Numbered from the stretch's first letter, positions 47,312 to 61,060 are shown. The stretch: 64,000 nucleotides of DNA from Entomortierella parvispora E1425 (GCA_020891255.1 BQFW01000012.1:1612001-1676000); one strand, 5' to 3'. Program-made: numbers and translations. The notes: generated by a model not told the origin, from the sequence alone.

Positions 47312-49325
47312 TGTATTAGATTGGGAGATGTTGGGAGAGAGGGATTGGGTGAAAGGATGAAAAAGATGATCAGAATTTTTTCAAGGCAAACAAAAAAACA
47401 ATAACATCACGTGAATGCACTAGAAATCGCAAATGTTAAATACGCCACCAATTTTTATTTTTTTAACGCCACCGAAAAAAAAAGGTGCTCTTCATGCTTC
47501 GCCTCCAGGATACAAAGGCTCGACCAAAAAAAACCATCCATGGATGTGTTAGCCACTTCGTCATTGACATTTCCAATTCAAACGACCTCCATTGTCTGAA
47601 TCAAATGAAGGGGGTTCGACCCTTTCCGCATCCTTTTTTATTTTTTTTATTTTTATTTTTTCTTTTTTGACTCTGTCAACATACTATAGCGTAGCCTCAG
47701 CCAGTTCATGTCTCCGATCGACTCATTTTTATACGCCTTGTACTCTGTTTATTGCCCCTCTTTATTTCCAGGAGATCATGCTTGGACGCTATAGCAGTAC
47801 ACGTCTCATTCACCGGTCTCACAACAGAATATAACCCAAAGACCTGCCCGCGAGAAGGTTGCGAATTCTCTCTTGCCATTAGAGGGCAAGGTCAGAATTT
47901 GACCCAAATCGCAAATCGCCTCATGTTTTTGAAATCTAAACACTGTGCAGGTTCTTCTAGTCGAATGGCACAGCAGATTCTATGAACTCAAAATAATCGC
48001 ACACATCGAGCGATTTGCAGAGGTGAAGATTAGTTTAGGGTCGAACACCCTCCATTGCCTTTGGCGCAGGTCGCTGTGTCAGAAGTTGCTATCCACATCC
48101 CATATGGAAGTAGAATCAGCTATTTGTTATGAACTCACTTTATCAGACTTACGCGATATCTGCACATCCATCATCACGAGACTGCCCAAACGGGGATCAG
48201 GTGGCATTACAAACATCGGCCTTGGATGGCTTGGTCCGCCAACAGCCCAAAAATCGACATGATATCTGATGCCTCCAGGAACTCAAATTCCTGCGAGCGA
48301 AAACCAATGGGTCCTTTTCATCCAGCATCAAGCTGGCATTCTCAACAATGCACTGGTAGTGACTTTTGAGCAGGCTTTATTGTCACTGAGACCAATTCAA
48401 AAATAGTCGTCATACTAACGCGTAGTTTTTACTTCATGGGACTTATAAGGATGAGAAGCTTATCCAAGGCGGGCAAGTTAGCGGCCGAGAGAAACACCTG
48501 GATCCTTCGAATGATAGTCTTGATGCCGACTTAACGACAACGCCTTAGACAAGACAGCGTGCGACTTTGAAGCAGGCGATCGGCCTGCTGATGATGATTT
48601 TGTGGAAGAGGACGAGAAAAGTCGCATGCTCAAGCTTTGAACCCCCTCTCCTTCACACCCCACCAAAAAAAAAAAAAATCTGTGAAGGGGCGACTCATGA
48701 TCATTTCCAACAAAATAAGGATGCCACACTGTTCGCCAAAAAAACCTATTCAATGACGATGACATAGCTGGCCAACAAGAAGTTTGACCAACCAAGCCCG
48801 AACACGTCTTCATTGGAACTTGGAGTGATGTTTTTAATGCACCTTTCCAAAGTCCTTGACCTAAGGACCCTAGGATAATACCGTAAGTGACCATTATCCG
48901 TCCTTGCATGTACTCTTTAATCAGGAGGCTTCAAATAACAATGGCATTTTTGATTTGAAAATAGGGGAGAGCCCTCATCTCTGGTCTCCAGAAAGAGCCA
49001 GCAATCGAGAGTCCACGAGTTTGAAGTCTCGGACAAGAACTTGTCAGGACCAGCAACAGAAACCTGTACCGCTAAATGCCATTCTTGATGACCTTGAGGA
49101 CTTTGACCTGGACACATACCGCGCGCACTTGTCGTTCTCTTGCGGTTTACCATAACAAAAAAGGTTGTCACAGCGAGAGACATCAATGCAAGAAAAGAGA
49201 AGAGGAAAGATCGATCCATTACGATGAGTTCACTTCTAAATATATGTTGATTTTTTTTTTTTTTTTTTTCAGAGGCGACATTCACTACATATCATTCGGG
49301 TTGAGCGATAGATAACCCGCTGTCT

Positions 49326-51914
49326 CTATGCTTGGGTCAACAGACCGTTGTGGCGGAGGAGTGCCTCCACTTCCACACCAGGTCTGCCCCGGAACTCCTC
49401 CCAGACAAGCTTGGGGTCCGTGGCACCACCGTAGGCCAAGACCGTTTCCCTGTACTTTCGTCCTATCCGCTTGCGAGATTCCTCTGAGGACTGCTCCTCG
49501 AGGGCCGCATACGCATCGGCCGAAAAGAGCTCGCTATACTTGTAGGAGTAGTAGCCTGCTGCGTACCCTCCTCCAAAAATATGACTGAATCCACAAAGGA
49601 ACTTGTCTTCGGGAATAGGCGCAACGAGAAGAGTCTTCTTGCCCATGCGTTTGTCCACATCGAAAATCGACTCTTGGCTCGACTTGGGGTCGAATTGAGT
49701 GTGAAGTTCCAGATCCAGTGTCGCAAAGTGAAGCTGGCGCATCATGGCCATTCCTGCCAAGCATTCGCGGCTCGACATGATAGACTCCTTCATATCCTTG
49801 GGCAAAGGCTCCTGAGTCTTGTAGTGGCGAGCCATACGGTCGAGCCATTGAGATTCGTATGTAAAGTTTTCCATAAACTGTGAGGCGACCTCAACAAAGT
49901 CCCACTCAACTCCCTTGATACCGGATGCCTGAGGGTAGTCGACAGTGGTGAGCATGTGTTGAAGGCAGTGTCCAAACTCGTGGAAGAGTGTAACCACATC
50001 ATTGAACTTCATACGCGATGGCTCCGAGTCGGACTCTGGTGGAGGTTGGTTGCAAATCATATAGGCGACAGGAACGCGGACATTGCCAGTTACAGGGTCC
50101 TTCATCCTCGTCACCAAGAGGTCCATCCAAGCGCCAGACTTTTTCTCCTCGCTGCGGCTGTAAAAATCGCCATAAAAGTATGCAAGCAGCTTCTTTCCAG
50201 GGCCAGCGTCCTGAACCTTGTACATCTTCACCTCCTTGTTCCATGTAGTGATTCCAGCCTGGGCCTGCTCCTCTGCCTTCATCTCTGAAACTTCGATCCC
50301 GAAATTCTCCCGAGCAACCTCAAAGAGAGTATCCATCACTCTGGGAAAGACCAGGTACTCTGAAATTTGATCCGCCGAGTACTTGAACCTGTTCTTGCGG
50401 TATTCTTCACCAACGTATCCTGTATCCCAAGGCTGGAGTGCGCCGGCGAGACCCAGCTTCTGGTGCGCGAAATCAGTGAGCATATCCAACTCTTTCTTGG
50501 CCGCGGGCAAGGTTGCCTTGTAGAGTCGGTCGAGAACCTCGGTGGCGGTCTCTACCTTGGAAGCCATCTTCTTGGACAGGGACATGGCGCCATACGATTC
50601 AAAACCAAGCATGTTCGCCTCTTCCTTGCGCAAAGCCAAAATTTCGTTGATAATGGGTTCGTTGTCCTGGCTACCCTCGGATGCCTTCTTCACGTTGGCA
50701 CGGTAAACCTATAAAACACAACCATGAATGAGAACTTTGCAATTGGATGTACCATTCATAATATGTTAACAGGTAGAATTTCGACTTACAGTCTCACGAA
50801 GGTCACGGTTTTTGCAGTTCATCATGAATGGCACCAAAGTGGGTCCATCCAAGGTAACGGCCCAAGGTCCAGTCTCTGCATTGCCTTCACCATGTCCTCG
50901 GCTTTGGGCGTGCTTGGCCATAGCCTGGAGCAAACTCTTGGGGCACCCTTCCAGATCGCTTGGGTCTGTCACGATTTTGGCATACGCCTTAGTGGAATCC
51001 AGTACGTTGTTGCTAAAGCTGAGGCTCAATTTTGCCAGTCTCTCCTGAATCTCATTGAAACGCTTCTGTTTTTCGGCATTGCCTTCACCCTTCAAGCCAA
51101 AGGCCACACCGCTCAGCTTCATTCCCTGAATGGTTTTCTCCACGATCCGCTTTTGTTCCTTGTCAAGAGAGTTCCAAGTGGCTGGGTCCTGCTGCATCTT
51201 TGTCAAGGCATCATAAAGCTCCAGTGACTGGCCCATCTTGAGGGCGATCTGGACCATCATAGGCTGGACAGCTTCAACAGCAGCGCGCAGTTCCGGTGAA
51301 TCTTTGACGTTACCAAGATGATGGATCACACCAGCTCGCTCAAGATCGTCCTCGAGGTCCTGGGCTATTATTTGTTGGTGGGGATCAGGTTAGAAATCGA
51401 TCGACTGCACAAAACCCGCTTTACATTATACACGGAGCAGAACGAAAGGAAGGCAGGTCATACTCAGTCCCATAGTGCCCTCCCAGGTGGGCGAAAAGCT
51501 CTTTGAACGCTCCGTGAATTCCTTCTCGATGTACTGAACTAGAGCGGTCATGGCTGGAACGACTTGTTCGGGCTGGATCGAAGCAAAATCAGGAAACTCT
51601 TTCCAGTTCAAGACGGGGTTTGTCCTGAACTCGGCAATATCCTTTTTCTTATCCTGCGAGATCCCGGTTGAAGTGGCGCTTTGAGCATTGGATTCTCGGG
51701 CTGGGACATTGCCTGTGATTGTGGCCAGTGCCCTGCGGATTGTCAATGGTCCTCCTGAAGCAAAGAAAGGGCGAAGTCGGGTGTTGGCGGAAGCAGAGTG
51801 GAGTCGGCCAGTTGCCTTGCTGGTGGTGCGATTGGCACCAGCCAGGGAGGAATGGGCCCTGGCGGCAGCATGACGGGCCAGTCGGGAGGAGGAGGTGGTG
51901 ATGGATCGCAGCAT
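49326..51914 (-). CDS. Oligopeptidase A-type metallopeptidase (M3A) with mitochondrial presequence (802 aa); exons 51464-51914, 50790-51364, 49326-50708
   Basis: HEXXH in VTLFHEFGHCLQH; GVEWDFVEVASQFMEN; GFSHIFGGGYAAGYYSYKY; KSGAWMD; NPVL...PDFASI.PE. The N-terminal ~65 aa are Arg/Ser/Ala-rich with no acidic residues. Confidence 0.9.
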
Positions 51915-52169
51915 GAGAGATGGTTGTGAGAGAAAGAGAGAAAGAGAGGAGAGAAGTGAGATTCATGCGCATGGCATTGTCCGTGCACTGCGCGCGGAAT
52001 GTGCAATGGATCCATCTGTGGCTTTGCCCATTTCCGCGTTCACTGCACGAGTTTCTTTAAAGTGCATGCAACGCGGTGTTCTCTCTCTCTTTTCTCTCTC
52101 TTTGTTTCTCATGTCCCTCGCTCTTCTCATCTCCAAGAGAAACACCAGACAACCTTGGCCGCTGTAGAC

Positions 52170-53448
52170 ATGGCAACAGGAACAGAAGCAGGAGCAGATG
52201 CTGGCAATGCTGCATTGCTACTCACCCTCGAAGAGGAGGTCCTTCAGCTTGCTGATCATGAGGTCTGGCTGGATGCTCAGATTCGGGACATGGAGTTTGC
52301 ACTCGGTCAAGGTAATGGAAACGCACAGTCTGTCAATGAAAGGAAACCCAACTCTTACTGGGATCAGCAAAGTAGAGAGGATTCGATCTCCCAACAGAAT
52401 GGAGGCTCATCCTGCAGCTCGCTCGATAGAATCCGACTATACGCCACCAGACAACGAGCCTGCTGAGGTTACAAGAAGTCACCTTGAGCAAAGCATCGAT
52501 ATTCTCAAGCAAGAACTTTCGGCCGCCGTAACAATGGACAGCGTTCGGACCAAAGTTATTGAAAGGTAGTTGTCAATGATGAGGCCGTTGATGAATATCT
52601 AAAGGAGGTTAAAACAACATTTGACAATATCCATGGCCCTCTAACTGATAGTGCACAAGGGTACCAACTTGTGCTGAAGAGTCTATTCAAGAGCGGCGAG
52701 GATGCGCAGAGGTAAGTGGAGTCCTACCAGAAGATATTTGAGAACAAGCGCTCCCTGTTACTCATCATTTTGTTTGGTGTAGTCCTTTGGCAAGGGCGAT
52801 TGAGGGACGCGACAAGGCCGTTACAGAGTATCTCCACGTACATCGAGATCTTCAAAAGACTCGAAGGGAGCTGTCTGCGGTCCAGATGCAAGTGCTAGGT
52901 ATGTTGAGCGGAGAAAACGATTGAAGCGATGACCGTGCTACCGAAGAGAAAATAACAGGACTATATTTTCCTCGAACCGTAGACTCTCAAGATGAAAACA
53001 GAAAGTTGGCACAGTCCCTGGCTGAGGAAGCAGAGGCTATGAAGGAGGCTCTAGCATCTCAAGATACAAGCAGCAACCGACGCATGATGCAAAGGTACAG
53101 GAGGGCGATACTTCAAAAAAAAAAAAAAAAAAAAAAAAGAGTATGGACTTTTCCCACAAAACAGAGAATGATCCGGCTAACTCTTTACTCTGACTCTTTG
53201 ACCCGATTGTGTAGAACTGAGGAAGAACTCAAGACTGTCAGAATGAAGCACAGTGTCGTTTCCAACGTGCTACAGGTAACCCAGGATGCACCTGCGAGCT
53301 TGCCGAAAACAAATCTTTTTACAACAGAACTAACTGATGATTCCACAACATACTCTCCATTTAGGGGCTTCTATTGGAGAGTGATATTGATTGGGCCAAC
53401 GACCCTCACTACCTGGATGTCATGCTGAAACTGAAGAGTCCTGAATAA
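52170..53448 (+). CDS. Centromere protein H (CENP-H/Fta3/Mcm16-like), 7 exons
   Basis: Phase-consistent GT-AG exons giving a coiled-coil protein with DENRKLAQSL and the C-terminus VVSNVLQ|GLLLESDIDWANDPHYLDVMLKL, matching the CENP-H GL..ES..DWA.DP motif. Confidence 0.8.
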
Positions 53449-55220
53449 GCGAGTCTTTTAGAGGCAACCGTCATGATCGATACTTCGATATACGCGTCCT
53501 TGAGGCAGTTACCGCCTGCATGTGCACACCATTGGGCTATCTTTGCATTGGGAAACCCGTCCCTCCTAGGGCTGTTTGTTGTAATCTGGCCAGCCCCATT
53601 TGAGGACCTGCGGGCTGCCACACACGCCTGCAGTGTCAACCTCGCCCTGACTTTCATTTTTAGCACAGGACAACAATAAATCACATCGCTCACCCTATGT
53701 TTTTAAAGAAACACTGTGCCACCTTTCGGCAGCATCCAAGGAACAATGCATTTGTGAAGTGGAGATAGGAGACGCGTGTGCACTTCTGTGTCCGCTCGCC
53801 CCCCTTTGGATGAGAGAGGAATTGGGGTCGTCCTGTCCAAGCTTGGGGTCGCTCTCTTTTGACTGATAAAAGAAGACAGAGTCATACCCTACTTCCCACA
53901 CCATCTCCCCCGACCTTGCCTGCTTGCTTCCCGTCCATTCCCTTCACAATTCTGTGGTTTACCGTCCTTTGAGCTGCAGAAAAGAAATCAGGAAAACACT
54001 AGAAAGAAGAAAAAAGCATATGCGAGCCCGTGAATGCCCTCCAAAGATCTGGTAAGCAGCCCGTTTCGTTTTTAACTTCAGATTTGCATGTGCGACAATG
54101 GCCGTTCCTGGTCAGGGTCCCTAGGCTCTGTGGCTGCCATGACTTGTGTGGGGTCTTTTTCACGAGATGTTTGTGTCGAGGTGTTCCCCTTCTTCCCGTG
54201 CGTTATGCGTTATCCAAAGCCGATTTTGAGTGGACCGAAGCCACGGGAGAAAGAGAGAAGAGAGAAGAGAGAAGAGAGAGAGGAGAGAGGAGAGAGTCTA
54301 CAGGAGGAAGGATGTGCATTCACCATCTCGCGAACGGTGTGTGCCTGGGCCGTGCCTGAACGGTTTTTTTTTTCTGTTCTTTTTGATCTGCCCCTGCAAA
54401 TGTCCTTGGCCCACCCCATCCCATCCCCATGTGCCTAAGATAACGACCAAGGGCAAGGTCCCTCTTTTGTTGCGCACCCTCCCCTTCCCCCCACCGTTGG
54501 CTGTGCCCAAATGAATGAATGGATGAATGAGAACGAAAGGAAGGAAAGAGAAGAAAAAAAAAAAAAAGAGATATATTGCTCTCCACCTCGATGCTCTCAC
54601 CCACTCACCACCCTCTCTCTTTCCCTCATCCCATCCCGTCTTCCTCTTCCTCTTCCTCTGGACCCCTGTCCTTCTTGCTTTGTTCTGTTCACTCTGCCAT
54701 CCATCGCCGATACTTACCTCTGTCCTTGGCGCTGTTTGCCTCTTTGTTCCTTTTTTCCATTCCCCATCCTGAATTCAAAAAAGACAACCAACCCCTTCGC
54801 TGCTCTCATCCATCCACCCCTTCCCTCATCCGCAAGAGTCATCTCTTCAGTCTGCCTACTTTTGTCTGTACCCTTCCCCTCCCTTCCCCTTTGCCCTTAT
54901 TATCTTTGTTCCCCCCCACCGCCTGCACCCTTCGATTAGTACCCCTTTCTTAAAATATCCGATAACGACCAAAAAAAAAACCTCTCTTCCTTTCGCTTTT
55001 TGTCAATACCCCTTCCAGAATCCCTATCTGCCCCTTCAGACGCACCCTCCTCGTCACCTTGGCAGACTAACCGCCAGAGAATCTCGATTATTTCGATCCT
55101 TTGTTTTGTTCAGCTCGGTTCGCCCATAAATATCGCCCAAAATCGACCGTTCCCCCACCCAAACAATCGCTCTGTCTCCCACCCCCTCCCAACAAACAAC
55201 CACCCACTGCTCCAACGACT

Positions 55221-56465
55221 ATGCCGCAGCTGTTAGAGTCCACCCGTACTTACCTCAGGTCTTCGACCAAGCTGGGTCGGCGGCTGAGCGGTTATAGGGA
55301 TGATTCAAGTGCGAGTGAGGCGAGTCTATCGGAAGCAATTGTCCCTTCGACTCCAGAAGGAACTCAACCACAACAGCAACACCGTCCCTCGCCCCAGAAT
55401 CGCCTTTCGGCCCTGTTCACTCTTGACGGTTGGAACAAGAACTCGGTGTCGACCGAGGATCGCACCTCAAGCAAAGTCAGACCTGAGGCATTTGAACAAC
55501 TAGAGTCGGTGCCTAGGTTGAGCGAGGACGACTCCAAGAAGAAGAAGCGCAAGAGCAACAGCAGTCGCAAGTCCACCAGCAACAGTGACATGTCGAGCTC
55601 ATCGATGACCAAAGACTTGACCCCGCTAGCTCTGCCAGTTGCGCCAGCACAGACCCCACGGTCCTCAAAGCGCAACTCCGAAGTGGGTATGCCACGAGGC
55701 AGGTCGCCAACGCTCTCACCTCCCGCCACTGTGTCTGCTTCATCTTCGCTCGGTTCCAACACTAGTGAGCACCAATCGAATGCTTGGCGACGCCAGCTGC
55801 TAGAAGAGAGCATCATGCATTCTCTTCAACTTGGCTACGGCGCTGCCTCTTCGCCTCGTCCCTCTTCTTCCAGACAACGATCCAGATCCAGATCTCGCTC
55901 CAGATCCCTAAAGCGCAACGCCCTCGGCCGCAGTCGCAAGGTGCGCGAACAACAAGCCTCCAGAATGTCTGCCGCCATGTCGAAGGATCTGCCACCGTGC
56001 CCCACTGGTGCCGACTCTATGCATCTTCATGGCCTGGGAGAAAAGGTCGTTGACAGAGGTCTTATTGTTCCCACCGGATCGGGTCGTGTCCTTCAAGAAC
56101 ACAAGGCGGTCAACAAGAACAGCCCGTACCAAATGTTCTTGAACCCGTCTTCGACCAACATCACCCATTCGTTTGCCAGCTTCACATTGGAGCTACCTGA
56201 ACACCAGGCCTCTCATGTGATGTCCGCTTCGGTGGTGCCGAATCTCTTCAAAATCAAGCAAGGCTCCAATCCATCCCCTGCAGATGGCCTTGCTGTTCGA
56301 CGAGGAAGAAGAGACTCGGCTTCGTCCAACTTCAAATTTGGGGGCAATGGCAGCAACTACTCACCCAGAGTCTTGACTGGAAAGCTAAGCTCTACTGTGA
56401 ATGATGATGCCAAAGAAAATAGACTGCCCATCCTGCCTACCAGCGCCTCTGTGGTAGTTGTTTAA
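55221..56465 (+). CDS. Hypothetical Ser/Arg-rich, probably disordered protein (~414 aa, intronless)
   Basis: Long ORF from ATG 55221 after a CT-rich leader, flanked by low-complexity intergenic DNA. No domain recognised. Confidence 0.65.
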   Translation: MPQLLESTRTYLRSSTKLGRRLSGYRDDSSASEASLSEAIVPSTPEGTQPQQQHRPSPQNRLSALFTLDGWNKNSVSTEDRTSSKVRPEAFEQLESVPRLSEDDSKKKKRKSNSSRKSTSNSDMSSSSMTKDLTPLALPVAPAQTPRSSKRNSEVGMPRGRSPTLSPPATVSASSSLGSNTSEHQSNAWRRQLLEESIMHSLQLGYGAASSPRPSSSRQRSRSRSRSRSLKRNALGRSRKVREQQASRMSAAMSKDLPPCPTGADSMHLHGLGEKVVDRGLIVPTGSGRVLQEHKAVNKNSPYQMFLNPSSTNITHSFASFTLELPEHQASHVMSASVVPNLFKIKQGSNPSPADGLAVRRGRRDSASSNFKFGGNGSNYSPRVLTGKLSSTVNDDAKENRLPILPTSASVVVV

Positions 56466-59400
56466 CCCCTTTTTCTACATACCTTGCTTCTACTACAAAC
56501 CAATTAATACTCTCATTACCTTCGTTACCTTCATTACCTTTCATTGCCTTCATTTTATATACAAAAAAGTACGACAGTTTTCTATAGTTTCTCTTGACCC
56601 TTCCCAAAGGTCCTCCTTGGCGACCTTTCCTATATACCAAAAAGCCAGGTTTTTTCTTTCTTTTTCTTTCTTTTTTTTTTTTCTTTTTTTTATTCTTCTT
56701 TCGTAGAAAAGTATAGTATGGTCTACAACTCCGTCCTTGAGTTGGCTTTACCATCTCTACCCCTTTCTTCTTTTTTTTTTTTTTCTTTTTTTCTTTTACA
56801 GGACCCCGCTTCGACATCTCTGTATCCATCAAAAGGTGGCGGCGACAGTCTTTTTGCCGCCACCAAACCACATTTTTCTTTTTTTTCTTTGCTCCGCGTC
56901 CCAATAAATCGCGTTCAAAGCGCGTTCAAAGGTCATTCAGCGATGGACCGCAGTATCGTGGATCATCATGGCGTTATTGTCTTCCGTTATCCCTGTTAGA
57001 CTCTCCTCCGGGTCCTACAACATCTCCGTTTTGCGTGACAAATCCTCTTTAAGGTGCTCGATCTTCTACGCAAGTCTACTGCCTTAGCTCTTGTGCTCAC
57101 ACATTGCCGACCCTGTTCATTTGTCTGTGGGTTGTTTTTTTTTTTTTTTTTTTTTGTTAGTATCAGTTTCGGCATGCAGGAAGTCATGCACCCCTTCCCT
57201 CTCCATGGAGCAATCATAGGAGGTGCCTGGAGAACAGCAGACGAGATGAACCGTGGCAAGCATTGAAATGAATGGCGTCGGTGCTGTGTCTGCTGGTCCT
57301 TGATCCGTCTCTTTTCTGCTGATATTCTTTTGGGCAATTGGACGCATGAATCTAAGAGAGCAAAGCACCGACCCAAACAAGCATGTTGACCCACCCCCTT
57401 CCCCTCTCCGTGAGTGAAAAACAAACGGAATCGACCTTCCTTCCTTTCCTTCCCTTCTCCTCCCAGTGCGTTGCGACGGGATGTGGTTTGAAGAGAGGGG
57501 GAGTACGTTGCGGCAGTCCTGCTGTCCTTTTTTAGTCGCGACTTTGGAAGGGCAGCAAAAAAGATAACAAACTCTCGGCAAACACACCCAGCGGTGGGGA
57601 TCCAACGAATAAACGTGTCCTGGTGTTCGTCACAGATGGAGTCATGGTGCAGGTCGCCCGACTGGGCCAAAGGTGGACACCGTTGTCCGTGGGACTCGAT
57701 TTTTGAGTGACAAAGCGTTGCGTCCGTGCATCATCGTGGGCTGAACAAAGGATGGCTGCAGCTGAAAGTTTTTAGACGTGGATGCTTTGTTCTCTTTCCC
57801 ATTTTTTTTTTTCTTTTTCTTCAACTCCCAACTCTTTGCAAACCTGCATTGGCACTTCACCTTTTTGTCCCCTTCATTCCTCCATCGCCAATCACTCCTT
57901 CTCCTTTATCCCTTCCCTTCTCTTTTCTTGTTTTTTTTTTCGTGGTCCTCCAAGATCAGATCAGATCAAGAGATCCCTTTTTTTTTCTTGTCAGAAGGAT
58001 CCCAGCGCCTCCCCTTTTGCTTTTCTCATCAGGTCTCTTTGTCCCTTTCTTTTTCTGGCTACGTCTCTCATCGTTGCATTCCCCTCTTCTAGTGCTCACT
58101 CTCTCCTCCTCTTCATCCTCCTCCGTCTACTACGACATCTATCGCAAACGTTTCATCTCCTAAAGAAAAACCACAACCGTCTGTATCGATTGCAGTTGCG
58201 CCCTGAGCATCCTTTGGACCTGCTCTCTGATCTTCGCCGATCTACTTCAAGGATACACACACTCGGCACATTTTATTTTTTATTTTGCTCTCGTGCAGTT
58301 GAATTGATATTCGCCCGTCCGAAGGTCTGTCTGCTACGCCCAACAAGTAAGTAAACTTTGCTCATTTCTTTCGGTCCCCCTGTTATGACAAGCACAGGCA
58401 CATACTACAATATACGGCAGGAACGGTTGGTGGCATCGAGGGGACAGGTTCCAAAGAGAGAGGAAACAAAAATCTCTTGCTTTCTTTTTCTTTCCTAAAC
58501 ATTGTCAAGCATCATCGAACGCAACAGTCAATACTGGCATGTCTCTTATGGCCGTCCAACCATCGCACCCTCTCGCCCAGCTGACCAGTTAAACTCTCTT
58601 CTAGTCCACGAACAGCTTAGTTCAACCATACTTTCTTACGAGGTAAAGAATACTTGACATCCACATTCGTGTGCATGTACTTTGCGGGGATACCATCTCT
58701 CTTCCCTCCAAGTCGTCTTCTTCAACGTGTAGCACTCATGGGCCATGGGCCATCCACAGGGCACAGAACCCTAGCGTCCCGTTCCTCGCAGTGTATTCTC
58801 TTGGAACATTACTCTCCCGTGGCTGCTGTTGTTATTCTTTCCTTCCCACTCTCCCTCTCCTTTTCGATCTGTTTTCATTTTTTTTTTTTTTTTTTTTTTG
58901 TGTATGGTTGGGCCGTGATCTGGCTGTGCTGTCAATTGTTCGTTTTCTACCCATCCCATCCACATCCTCATGACCTGACCAATAGATCAGTCAGTGCTTC
59001 CTCCACCCCTTTTGTACTCCCAATTCCCTTTCCCTTCCCCTGCCTTTTGGGTTTGTCCCGCACATCTCCTCGTTTTTCCCCTGGTTTGTGCCTTGGGGGA
59101 TCTCTCTGAAGAAGAATCAGTGTCTGTGCATCGACAATCGGCCGCCTATGTCTCAAGTCACTTCATTCAATTTGGAGTTGCGCTGGGGCGTTCATGCAGG
59201 TTGTGGAGACAAGACATTTTGTTTCCAGCATCCGCGTCGCGAAAGAAGGCAAGAAGACAAGAAGAAAAGAAAGAAAAAAAAAGTTTGAGTCCAGGCTCAG
59301 AAGAGTGGGTGACCTTTTTTTTCAATTGGGCTTTTTCCCTTTCTTCTTATTTCACATCGAATTTGACATTGAGTCTCCTTCTTCTTCTGGGAGTAGGACC

Positions 59401-61053
59401 TTTTTGAATGTATCGATACCATGTCAGGCTGCATGGTGCAGCTGATGCTCGTCGCGCTCATGGGCAGCTACTGCTCCCATTTTTTTTTTTTTTTTTTTTT
59501 TTTTCATTTCCAAAATCATTGGGTTCATTCGAACGTATTGCACTTTGCTAGAAAAGTGTGTTTGTGTGTATGTGTATGTGTGTGTTTGTGTCTGTGTGTG
59601 TGTGTGAGCAATTGGTCAGCACCCATCATGTCTGTAGACACACACAATCTTCCAACTCTCTGACTCTGAAAAAGAGTGCGTGTGTGTGCATGCAGCAAAT
59701 GCATGCATGAGAACCCAAAGAGAAAAGCTGTTTCTGTTCATTCTCCAGATGTTTTATTTCGGGGTCGATATCTGTTCGGCCACTTTCTCTTGTTTTCACT
59801 GTTTTCCGCACATCTCTTTTACGGATCCAAGGATATGAGGTGGGTGAGGGGAAAAGGGTGCATGCGTGCATCTCCCCTCCCTCCTTCCCTCTCTCCTTCG
59901 TGTGTATATTATGTGAATGGTTTGTGCGTGGCGTGTGGTCTGGTTTGATCTGGTCTGGCCTTACAAAGGCGTCGCTGATTCCCTTTGCGCAATTCAAAGG
60001 GCAGACGTGGCCAAAGGTGTGTGACCAGTTGGCCAAACTCGACCCCACCCATGACTCTTTTTTTTTTGCTCGTTCCTCTTCATCCTTTCTGTTCCCCTCT
60101 TGACCCTTTTCGTTCCCTCTCTTCCCCTGGTGCAAAGGTAGGAGGATGAGAAGGAGATGGGCCAAACCCAGTGGTTGTTTGTTGATGTCGGCTAGTTGAT
60201 AAAGTGCAGAAAGTGCGGTGCGCCGTGACCCTTTTGCTCTGAAGGAGTCGAACCAAGCGCTTGGATCGGTGTGGTGTTCATTTCTGTACATGCACTTGCT
60301 CTGGCGGGATGACACACGCCCACACGCCCGCCCCGCCCTTTTGCTCTTTGAGCAAGCAAGAACATGCCACACGTCCCTAGCCAGTGTGCCATGACCATGG
60401 CCATGTTTTTGCCGCGATAAGAGCGCGGCAATGTCCAGTGAATTGCGTGGTGATCATGTTCCTTTTTTTTTTTTCGTCCCTCCCTCCCTTCTTTTTTTTT
60501 TCTCTCCCATCTTTTTTTTTTTTTTTCGTTCTTTCTTGTAATGGATATATGTTTTTGTTCTCTCCTCACTGTCTCCTGTCTCGAGGATATTCCGATGGTG
60601 ACGCCGCCTCTTTCTGGCTGCGCGTCTCTCCAGCCTGCGCTTCCTGTTGCTTCCTAGACAGGAAGACAGGACAGACGGAAAGAAGGGCGGCAGGAAAGGG
60701 AAGGGAAAGAAGGCCGGCAAGGGTGCGCCTGGGAAGGCAGTCTCCCAGACGCGAATGCATATCTCTCCACGAAGACGATTATCCTTGCGGACCATGGGCC
60801 AAGCCCTGTGTCCTGAGTGCGTCGTTTTGCATGGGTGTCTGTGTCCACTGCCTCGCCAGCCCCCCCCTTTTCCCCTCTGTCGGTGCTTGTCCTCCGTCTC
60901 TGTGCTCACTCGTTATTTTTTTCTCTCTTCATTTTATTCCTCTCTCTCTTTCTCTTTTTCTCTCTCTCTTCTCTCGTCTCTTGACCATTGCTCATCTCAT
61001 CCACATACACATACACAGACACAACACAATACAATACACACACACGTCGCTCT

Positions 61054-61060
<7 letters not shown>

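Noticed and set aside
47700-49150. Possible decayed coding sequence between RPL8 and the oligopeptidase
   Set aside because: Only short interrupted ORFs with no recognisable motif; a tblastx/HMM search would be needed.
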